A stretch of DNA of 64,000 nucleotides from Dictyostelium discoideum (lineage: Eukaryota). This document shows positions 1-10,466 of this stretch, one piece after another. The DNA lies in assembly GCA_000004695.1 (NCBI GenBank), contig CM000153.2, forward strand, positions 4,704,001-4,768,000, in the 5' to 3' direction. The notes beneath the pieces are model-generated. The model worked only from the letters and a program-made list of their open reading frames with translations. It had not been told where the DNA came from and did no database searches. The position numbers and the translations under genes were made by a program. The number at the start of each line of letters is the position of its first letter. The stretch's first letter is position 1.

Positions 1-67
1 TCATTTAAATTCTTTCTTTCAACTTTCTTTTTCTTTAATACAATTCTTTTTTTAATAACTCCACCAC

Positions 68-110
<43 letters not shown>

Positions 111-247
111 TTTATTATTTGATGTTGATAAAGTTGAATTTAAGGAACAAGTTGTATCTATACCCAATTGACCACGACTATTTGAACCCCATGAATAAAT
201 ATTTCCATTATTATCACATGCTAAACTATGTGCCCATCCTCCTGAAC
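1..247 (-). CDS. RCC1-repeat protein, 3' portion only. The gene runs off the left edge of the window and its 5' exon or exons are unresolved.
   Basis: The minus-strand frame is open from about 353 down to base 1. The translation ...KNCSGGWAHSLACDNNGNIYSWGSNSRGQLGIDTTCSLNSTLSTSNNKNNNN...SGGVIKKRIVLKKKKVERKNLN contains a canonical RCC1 blade motif (G-x-HS-x-A ... SWG-x-N-x-x-GQLG). The plus strand has stops here. An intron-like AT tract ending ...aaaattgttcag lies immediately 5' of the repeat, around plus 248-290. Confidence 0.45.
61..112. repeat. (ATT)17 microsatellite inside the RCC1-protein CDS, encoding poly-Asn on the minus strand.
   Basis: attattatt... run. Confidence 0.9.
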
Positions 248-288
248 AATTTTTTATTTTAATTGAGTTTATTTTAAAGTAATTTAAT

Positions 289-290
<2 letters not shown>

Positions 291-353
<63 letters not shown>
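291..353. repeat. (TGT)21 microsatellite, which is (ACA)n or (AAC)n on the minus strand.
   Basis: Perfect tgttgttgtt... It lies between the transporter gene's 3' end and the RCC1-repeat coding segment. Confidence 0.9.
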
Positions 354-354
<1 letters not shown>

Positions 355-483
355 CATTTGAAAATAAATAAATTAATTAAATAAATAAATAAATAAATAT
401 ATTATTTATTATTTTATTATTATTATTATTATTTTTTTTTTTACTATTACACAGAGTCTTGTATACAAATTATTTAAAATTTA

Positions 484-749
484 TTATAAAGATTCATTTG
501 GCTTTTCTTCAAATGCCGAGTTTTCGTCATTTGAAGTAATACCTTTTTTAGGTTGTAGTTTCTCTTGTTTCTTTTTTATTGATTGTAATAAGGCCTCTTC
601 ACCTTGAATAATTGCATAATTAATTTCACAAATCTTATCATGATTATAATTCTTCCAACGTGTATGGAAAAATTTCTGATGGAATCGGTAAACATTCATA
701 TGATCTTTGAAATTAATAAATGCATAACCACGACTTACTTTTGTCTATT

Positions 750-786
<37 letters not shown>

Positions 787-1221
787 ATTAATAAAATAGG
801 ATTATAATTAAAAAATGTGTTAAGAAGAAAAACTTACATGAGGATCTAATGGCATATTTAAAAAATCATAAGTATCTTTAAACTCTTCATCAATAAGGGC
901 AGTAAGATTTTGTTGAGTTAATCTATTTGGAATATTTCTAATCATTAAAGATGTTCTTGTATCAACTCCACTAATTATATTCTCTGGAATTAAAATACAA
1001 GTTGGATCTACAGGTTCTTTTGGTTCCTTTGGTTCTTTTAATTCTTTCTTTCCTTTGGAATTGGTTGAATTTCTTAATGTTCCATTGTTTTGATTCTTTT
1101 GTTGTGCCTTTTGCTGTTGAATCTCTGATTCCAATTCTTTTCTTCTTCTTTCAAGTTGTTCAAGTTCTTGTTCATTTTCAAGTATACTAACTTCATAAGC
1201 TGTTTGATTATATTGATGTTT

Positions 1222-1265
<44 letters not shown>

Positions 1266-1266
1266 G

Positions 1267-1308
<42 letters not shown>

Positions 1309-1390
1309 TATACTATTATTCATATTATTATTATTATTATTAATATTTGAACTATTATTGTTATTATTATTATTATTATTATTATTAGTA

Positions 1391-1467
<77 letters not shown>

Positions 1468-1747
1468 GTTATCATTATTATTATTATCTAATATAGAACT
1501 ATATTGTGATTCTGCAAATAAATTAAGAGATGAATTTGTTGGTGAATTATTGTTACTATAATTTAATAGATTTGGAGTATTACAACCACTGTTATTATTA
1601 CTATTATTATTACTATTATTATTACTATTATTATTACTATTATTCTTATTGCTATAAACATATGAAGAGTAAGAAAAACTATTTCTAAAATTATTATTAT
1701 TATTATCATTATTATTATTATTATTTATATTATCATTGTTATTATTA

Positions 1748-1829
<82 letters not shown>

Positions 1830-4242
1830 TTATATTATTTAATTGATTATAACTACGATTTAAAAATAAATTTGTAGTTTTAATTTTATTAACAGCATCA
1901 TTTGTTGAAGAAAAGAAAGAATCAGGACCAATTAAATCAATGAAACCAGCACGAATAAAATTTTTCTTATGAGAATCACGTAATTTAACAAAACAAACTT
2001 GAATCATTCTTTTTTTATATTGAGATACCATTTCGTATAGGATTTGAATTGAAGAAGCATCGATTACAGGTATATTACGCATATCGAAAACTATACCATA
2101 TAAAGAGGATCTTTGATTAATTGGTAAATTTAACATTTCTGAAGGATGAGCTAATGCACTACCAATATTTTCAATTCTAAATAGGATTTCTTTAACTTGA
2201 CCGATATTTGCAAAATAAAGGGATTCTTCAAATCTAATGACCAAAACACCATCAACTTGTTGAGCCTCTGGGAAAATAATGATATCTTTAAATTTCGAAG
2301 TTGGAGCATCACCAGGTAATTTACCCAACACAGTGAAATGTGGTGCAGAAGATTGTCTAATAACCAATAGAATCGAAGCACCAATACTAACGACTAAACC
2401 AACCTCGACACTGAAAATAAAGGTACAAACAAAGGTGGCAGAGAATAATAGTAAATCTTTCCAAGCCCTTAGCTTCCAAAGGAAAATAATATCATGAACT
2501 TCAAATAAACCCAATGCGGCCACGAAAATGATAGAGCTCATAATTACTCTTGGTAAATATTGGAAAATTGGCATTAAAAACAATAGGGTGAATAATACTA
2601 CAATAAAAGTGACAGCACCAGCCAATTGAGTTTTTGCACCAGCTTTATCATTTACAGCGGATCTTGTCATTGATGCATAGATTGGATATGCTAAAAATAT
2701 TGAACCAAATATATTACTTGCACCAATTGCCACCAATTCTCTATTTGTTGAAACTTGATAATTATGTTTGGTTGCGAAATTCTTACTAACCGCCATTGAC
2801 TCAACGAAACCCACAATACTAATGAACAAAGCTGGACCAATCAATTGATTGACCATATCCCATCTATTTAATTTTGGTAATGTTGGTATTGGGAAACTTG
2901 TAGAATAATAACCCAACACAGCAATGCCTTTCTCTTTTAAATGAAAGCCAGCTGAAACTGAAATCCCCACCACTACCACCACCAAAATTGAAGGTATAAA
3001 AAAGATTATATGATGTATTATTTTAGTTCTAACCTCTGGACAACATCTCTTTTTAATTTGACCCATAATTAATAATGCTATAATTGAAACGACACTAATG
3101 ATCAATGATAGCTCATTGACTAAATCGAATTTCTTAAATATTAAAGGTATTTTACGCCAACCACTATCCGCAACTGATATGCCTAACAATGTATCCATTT
3201 GATCGAATAGAATTGTAAAAGCCACTGCATTAATGAAACCTCTAATCAAGGGACGTGATAAAACCTCTGAAAGGAACCCAAATCTAAGTAAACCTAAAAT
3301 CAATGAAATCACACCAACCAAAAATGCCAATATATTTGCAGATGCTATCATTTCATCAGTTGTAAGTGGTACATCAGCAGACTCACTTATCTCTTTCAAT
3401 GTTGTACCAACGATTAAACTAACCAATGCTTCAGGACCAACTGATAATTGTCTTGATGTGCCCAACACTGCATACATCAATAATGGCATTAAACCAGTGT
3501 ATAAACCATAGATTGGTGGTAATCCAACCAATAATGCATATGCTAAACTTTGTGGTACCAACATAATTGATGTTGTAACTCCTGCCGTTAAATCATTAAT
3601 TGCATTGGCTCTATAATCATATTTAGGTAACCATCCTAAAATTGGTATATAATATTTAACTTTATTCTTTAATCTTTTAATCTTTTCTTCTTTATTTTCA
3701 ACTTTTTTACCATAATTTTCTTCAAAATTTAAATCTAAATCTAAATTATTATTATTATTATTATTATTACTATTATTATTATTATTATTATTACTATTAC
3801 TATTAGCACTAATTAAAGAAGGTGAAACTATTGGTGATAATGATGGTGAAGATGAACTATCACTTTCAATATTACTATTATTTTGTAAATTCTTTTTATT
3901 TAATTTTGTTAAGAAACTACTAAATGTAAGTGGTGTTTCTTCAATTAATGGTCCTGATTTCAATGTACTATTGATTGCATCCATTGATTGACTTAATGGC
4001 ATACCATTATTATCAAGTAATATTGCATTGTTATTATTATTATTATTATTTTGTCTATTTCTTAAATGACCAGAAGAACTAATTGATAATGGTACACCAT
4101 TATACCTTCCATCTATTTCTATATTCTCTTCTCTTTGTTGTTCTTGTTGTTCTTGTGGTTGATAAGGTTGTTGTTGATTTGAAAGTAATGGTGATGATTC
4201 ATTCTTATCATTAGATGAACTCCAAAATTTCCAATTTACCAT
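484..4242 (-). CDS. SulP/SLC26-family anion (sulfate) transporter with a STAS domain, fused through a long Asn/Gln-rich linker to a C-terminal Mei2-type RNA-recognition motif (RRM_2, PF04059). Two exons: 4242..838 and 744..484.
   Basis: ATG at 4242. Exon 1 is the track ORF 820..4242. It shows SulP hallmarks (YYIPILGWLPKYDY..., LTAGVTTSIMLVPQSLAYALLVGLPPIYGLYTG, GPEALVSL) and a STAS domain (VLVIRFEESLYFANIGQVKEI ... IVFDMRNIPVIDASSIQIL). About 480 residues of poly-N/Q and a coiled coil follow. The RRM_2 start is then TSLMIRNIPNRLTQQNLTALIDEEFKDTYDFLNMPLDPH, ending on a GTAAGT donor (plus acttac 832-837). The intron is 837..745 and ends in tag. Exon 2 continues the RRM in phase (TKVSRGYAFINFKDHMNVYRFHQKFFHTRWKNYNHDKICEINYAIIQGEEAL...) to the stop at 484-486. 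Confidence 0.8.
745..837 (-). other. Intron, 93 nt, GTAAGT...TAG, splitting the Mei2-type RRM of the transporter gene.
   Basis: On the gene strand the donor is CAT|gtaagtttttcttc and the acceptor is aaaaaaaatag|ACAAAAGTAAGTCGTGGTTATGCA. Phase 0 is preserved and domain homology continues across the junction (YDFLNMPLDPH | TKVSRGYAFINF). Confidence 0.8.
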
Positions 4243-4288
4243 TTATTTATATATTAATTATTATAATTGAAAAAAATATTCCTATTAT

Positions 4289-4290
4289 AT

Positions 4291-4369
<79 letters not shown>

Positions 4370-4370
4370 T
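4289..4370. repeat. (ATTT)n tetranucleotide repeat, about 20 units, in the intergenic DNA 5' of the transporter gene.
   Basis: tatttatttattt... begins immediately upstream of the ATG at 4242. Confidence 0.9.
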
Positions 4371-4743
4371 TATTATATATTAATGAATTATTACAAAAAA
4401 AAAGTATTATATTTTATGTTTTAAAAAATTAAGAGAAATGGTGCGTTATTTTTTTCTAATTTATAGTTTTATTTTAAAATTTTCAAAAAAATAAAAAGCA
4501 AATGAAAATATGTTGTTTTCATCAAAAAAAAAAAAAATATAAAAATAAAATAAAAAAAAATAAAAAAAATAAAATAAAAAAAATTAAAAAATTCACCCAG
4601 GAAAGAAAAAAAAAAACAAAAAAAATAAAATAAAAATTAAAAACAAGAAATCAATTTAAAAATTCACTGAAACGACGCTTGAATAAAAAGTATTATTTTT
4701 TAATTATTTTAATTTTAATTTTATTTTTAATTATTATTTTTAT

Positions 4744-7700
4744 TTATTTAAATAAATGAGATTTCTTGGAAAGTTTTACAATACCAGTGATAACATCATC
4801 TTTAATACCAAAAGATTTCAAAACTGATCCACCAGTTGTAGAATTACATTTTGAAATGATAACCTCGAATGAAACTGTAGTAGAAGGTTTGAGGAGTTTA
4901 ACGAATATCTTGATAAGTTCTAAAATAAAGAATCTAAAGTTATCAGATAATTGACCTCCAAGAGTTGAATCGAATTTAATTAAAGAACTTCTTGAGACAC
5001 CCAATGCTAAAGAAACCTTTTTAACAGTTTCATAACTTGTTGGTGAATTTACAATCATCAACAAATCTGAATATAAAGTAACTATTTCTTTTTCAAATAA
5101 TTGTTGTTGTTTTTGTTTCATTATATCATTTGATTTATCTTCTTTTTTAGATTTTTTCTTTTTTTCTTTTTCCTCTTTTTCTGTTTCCAATGCCCAACTT
5201 TTTCCAATGATTGATGATGATGAGTTAAAGATATCTTCATTTTTGGATTTTGATAATTTTGATCTTGATCCATCTTTTGACAATGATAAAGAGGATGACG
5301 ATGAAGACGATGATGATAAATACTTTGGTGGTGGTGATACGTAATCTTCATTATCGTCAAATAAACCAAAACCACAATATTCTTCTTCATCAGACTCTTC
5401 TTGTTCTTTTTCTTTTCTTTCTTGTTGCTTTTGAGATTGTAGCTGTGGTTGTGGTTGTGACTTTGGTGGTGGTGGACAATAATCATCGTATTCGCCAAAT
5501 AATCCAAAACCACAATCCCCTTCTCCATCAGACTCTTCTTGTTCTTTTTGTGGTCCTGATTTTGGTTGTTGTGGTTGTATTTGTTTTGATTCATATAAGG
5601 ATTGAGACAATACCCTTTGTAATTGATAATCTTCTTCATCACCAAAAAGACCAAATCCCATGTCTTCATCTTCATCATATGATTCCTTTTTTTTAGGTAA
5701 CGATGTTGGCTTTGAAACTGTTGTTGTTGCTGCTGCTTTTGTTGTTGTTGTTGATGATGTTGGATAGTCACCAAAAAGATCAAAACCCATATCTTCATCA
5801 CCCCACTCTTCTTCTTCGTCTTTTGGTTGAGATTTGGCTGCTAAATAGGAAGCAGGAGTAGAAGAAGCTGTAACAAGAGAAGTAATAGCATTGGGTACAC
5901 CTCCAAAAGAGTATGAACTTCCACTACCGCCGCCACCACTTCCTCCTTTCTTTACTGGTTCGTCTGACCAAGCATCATCGTCGTCGTCGTCTTCGTCATT
6001 TTCAATACAATCAATAGCTACTCTTCTACGACTTAGAGAATTTATTAATTGTGCAGAAAGATTATCAATAGTTTTGGCTTCTTCTTTTAATTTCTCTGGA
6101 ACTGCTTTTAATGAATATCCTCGTTTTATTGAATTCAAAAGAGAACCTTCATCACTTTTCAAAGAGTTTGCCTCTATCGAATTATTTTTTGAAGTTGATG
6201 ATGATGGTGGTGGTGGTGGTGGTGGACCAGATGATGATGGTTGTGGTGGTAAAGTAGTTCGTTTAAACCTTGGCATTCCATCTGATTTCTTTGAAATATT
6301 TCTTTCTTCTTGTAGATTTTCTTTTTCAGGACTATAACCAATATGAGCCGAAGATCTTCTCATCATTCCTCCAAATACTTGTGGAGCTGGTGGTGCTGGA
6401 CTAAAGACATTAGTGGATACACTTGGTCTTGGAGCATTTGGCAATGGTGGTGGTGTTGGTGTTGGTGTTGGTGTTGGAGTTGATGAGAAAGAAACTGTAC
6501 TCATTCTGGAATATCCAGCAACCATTGGTTTACTTGGTAAATTTATTTCAGAGAGGGTACTTTCTTCTTTGGCTTTAGATTTTGAAAATGATGGTGATGA
6601 TGGGGAATATGATGTTAAAACTGGTAATTTGGATGGTTTTGTTGGTGCATAAGATGGTGATACTGGAGAATAGGATGGTATTGTTGGTGCATATAGTAGT
6701 GATGTTGGAGTATATGATGGTGATACTGGAGAATATGATTGCGAAGTGGAAGCATATAGTGGAGAAGTTGAATAAGATGGTGATGTTGGGGAATAAGATG
6801 GTGATGTTGGGGAATAGGATGGTGATGTTGGGGAATAGGATGGTGATGTTGGGGAATAGGATGGTGATGTTGGGATATAGAATGGTGATGTTGGGGAATA
6901 AGGTTGAGAAGCTTGGAAAAATAATGATGGTGGTGGTGCACCACGTCCAAGTGATGTTGATGGTGGTGGTGGTGGTTGTGGTGGTGGTGGAGCACCACGT
7001 CCAAAAGCGGTACCAATATTTCCTCCCCTTCCACCTCTTGATGATCCTATACTTCCACCTCTTGATGATCCTCCTCTACCTCTACTACTATTGTTTGAAC
7101 GAATATTTCCTTCAGGAGATGGAGATCTAGATCTAGTTACACATCTATATTTATCAATTGATATTCCTCTTAAACTTACTTCACCTCTACTACTATTGTT
7201 TGAACGAATATTTCCTTCAGGAGATGGAGATCTAGATCTAGTTACACATCTATATTTATCAAATGATATTCCTCTTAAACTTACTTCATTACTAAAACTA
7301 TCAGATTCACTATCACTTCCACTTTCACTTTGATTTTCACTAACTCCTCCTTCATAATCTATATCAGTATTATTATTATTTGATACAATTTGATTAACAA
7401 CAATTGGTTTATAAGTTGTTGTTGCTTTTTTAATACCAAGTTTTTTAGGAGTTATTGACCATTGTTTAGAAGAAATAGTTGATTCAATTTGTGGTTCATC
7501 TTTTGGTTCATTATCAACATTATTTTCAGGTTGATGTTGATGACGTTGATCAAGGTTAAATTCATTAATTTCTTGTTCATCTTCAATAAATTGTAAACAT
7601 TCAGTTGTAGAATCACGAATTAATTGAAGTAAAAGTGTTGTATCTTTATAAGAATCTTCAGATAAGGTATCCAATTCAGAGATTGCTTTGTCAAATGTAT

Positions 7701-10432
7701 TCTTTGAAATTTGAATTGATTTTTCAAAATCACCATTCTCTTTATAATAGTTTGCAGATAATAATGATAATTGTAATAAAATCGGATTGGTTGGTGATAA
7801 TGAATTTTCTGAACGTTGTAAAGCAGACTTTAAAGTTGATTCAAACTTTTCACACCATTGTTTCTTTGAATATTTATTATCATCACAATTTAATAAACTT
7901 TTATAAACTGTACATTGATTATTCATTAAACTAATAATTGCCTCTTCATTATTTGAATGATTTGTTGATGATTCTAATAATCTTAATAAACCTTTACCTT
8001 GATAAATTATATCCTCTTTTAATTTCTTTTTCTCTCTTAATAATTTACTTGGTGTTGTTGGTGTAGTAGTAGTTGTTGTTGTTGAATCATCATTAATTGA
8101 TAATTTATCAACTCTTTTTGAAATTAAATTATTAATTGTATCTGAAAGTAAATTTAATTCTTTCATTGAAAATTCACCAAATGTATCTGAAATTTGATGA
8201 AATACATTAATTGTATCAGAGAACTTGCTATTTGAATGATATTGTTCAATTAATTTGGATAATTGATCACGTTTATTCAATAGAATTGGATCATTTGGAT
8301 CTTGATCAATACCTTGAGATTTATCTTCCCATGCAATGTATGGTAGAGAATCAACAATAGTTTGAGAGATAATCGATTGAATTGGTGGTAATTTTGAGAA
8401 TGTTTCATGTTTTTCCCTCTTTTCAACTGCAACAAAACTTGTGAATGGTGTTACAATCGAGTATTTAATGGATAGGTCGATGACATCATTCTTTTTCTTT
8501 AATTTAATTAAATCATGTTCATGTTTATTTTGACTATAGGTACCATCTTGATATTCTCTAATCATTGAACGAGCAGCTAAACGATGAATTAAATTACCCT
8601 TTATGAAACCAATCTCTGGTGTATGAACAACGTTGGTGATTAAACCACCACCAGGTGCTTGGCAAATCAATGTTGCACGAGTACAAATACCAGAGAAAGC
8701 ATACATAACTTGACGTTCTTTCTTAAATATTGAAGTTATAGTAGCAGGTGATTGAACTATGGAATTGGTATCACTTGAATCGAATTTCACTGAAATATTC
8801 GACATTGCGGGTTGAGTTAACCGTTGAAGTTGATCAATGATTTTCTTTGGATTTGGACGTTTATTTGTTTGAATAAACTCTGGATAACCACCACCTAAAC
8901 GGCAAATACTCTTTACGAAATGTCTACTACAATGCTCACCAATACCAAATGCAAACATTCTACAATAGGGTGATGCTTTTTTAACCAACATTTGAACCAA
9001 TTCTTCATTGGCTACATTACCATCTGTGAATAGTAAAATATTATGTGGATTGGTTGGTTTAGCTTTCTCTGCCAACAAATAAAGTGATTGTAATGGTTGA
9101 TGTAATAATGTACCACCATAGGATGTTTTTAAATGATTGATATGGCTCCAAGCAATTTGTAAATTTGATTCAGTCGGTGGTACACCAATACCGAAAAGCC
9201 AGTCAAAGGTATCACCAAAACAAACCACATCGAATAACACCTTTTGCATACCACGTAAATTTGAAATAGTGATACGAACTGCACGTAATAAATCCTCAAA
9301 TGCATCACCAGCCATCGAAGATGATAAATCAATTAATAAAGTAACCATAGTATGGCTATCCTTCATAGTATTATCAATATCCAATTTTGGATAAAATGCC
9401 AACATACTTGCATGATGACCTTTCTCATCAACCTCAACCCACATTCTTGGTGAATAAGGCTCCTCCAAACCAATCAATAATTGGAAATTCTTATCTAAAT
9501 ATTGATTATCTTGATTATTTAATTCAATGGTTGCTTTTGTATGAGTACGTTTTATACGAACGTCATGAGTTGGTGAAATTAATTTTACAATATTATAAGG
9601 CATTTCAATACCGACCGAAATGGATAAATCAGATTGTTTTTGTGCCAATTCTGTCACTTGAACAGTTGATGTTACCGATTGAGTATTACTACTTGAGGAT
9701 TGCAATCTTTGCTTTGGTGTGATTGAACGTGGTAATACAAAACTAATATCTAAACCATCGATTGATAGCTCAGTAACATAAACTATCTTAATTAAAACAT
9801 CACAATTTGGTGGTAAATTACCAACTGAAACTGTGAAAACATCAGGTTTATCCTCATCCATTAAATATGCACCATGACCAGCTGCAACTGCTTCACGATA
9901 CTCTCTTTGTGCTTTCTCCTTCTCTTTACATTCACCAATTATATGTTTACCATTTACATAAGCTTCGAAACCACAAACTGCTCCCATTTCATCCAATGGA
10001 AAAACATACTTTGCTTCAATCATATTCTTTGAATTATTTTGATAATGTTGATAAATTGTAACTTCACCAATTAAATCTAAAATTTTACCTTTAACATGAA
10101 CAGATTTTAATGGTATAGCATTATCACCACCACCATTCTTTGAAATTAAACCAATTTCTTGATTATCATCATCATCATTACTATCATCAATTAATGATTT
10201 TTGAGGTAGTGAATTTGGAACTTTCTCAGATTCAATAGTTGGTTTAACTGATTCTTTTGAAATTTCAAGTAATTTATCATTATTTGATGATAATGATGAT
10301 TTTAATATTGGTGGTATTGTTAATGAATTTAAATCATCAAATTCAATTAGGTATTGAATTTTTTGTTGTTTTGAATCATAAATTACAATTTCATCATCAA
10401 TAAAATCAGATTGTTTAACTGTATTATTTGAC

Positions 10433-10466
<34 letters not shown>

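Noticed and set aside
351-357. ATG at 357 followed by (AAC)21, as the start of the RCC1-repeat gene.
   Set aside because: It is in a different frame from the RCC1 ORF and terminates after 27 codons. No GT donor exists between it and the RCC1 sequence. It is kept only as an unresolved observation.
1002-1561. Plus-strand track ORFs (1002..1190, 1156..1350, 1358..1561) rich in L, I and F.
   Set aside because: They are antisense or alternative-frame readings of the (AAT)n and (CAA)n coding repeats of the minus-strand transporter gene. They are homopolymeric peptides with no start context.
5121-5801. 226-aa minus-strand ORF with His- and Gln-rich peptide.
   Set aside because: It is an alternative frame of the PARP gene's acidic repeat region. 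The true frame carries the conserved MGFGLFD motifs.
6582-7130. Plus-strand [14 protein letters not shown]... and minus ORF 6615..7034.
   Set aside because: They are antisense or off-frame translations of the 21-bp-period CTD-heptad repeat. They are periodic only because the DNA is periodic.
9129-10061. Several 60-110-aa plus-strand ORFs inside the PARP locus.
   Set aside because: They are opposite-strand chance ORFs within a well-supported minus-strand CDS covering the VIT and vWA domains. They have no independent features.
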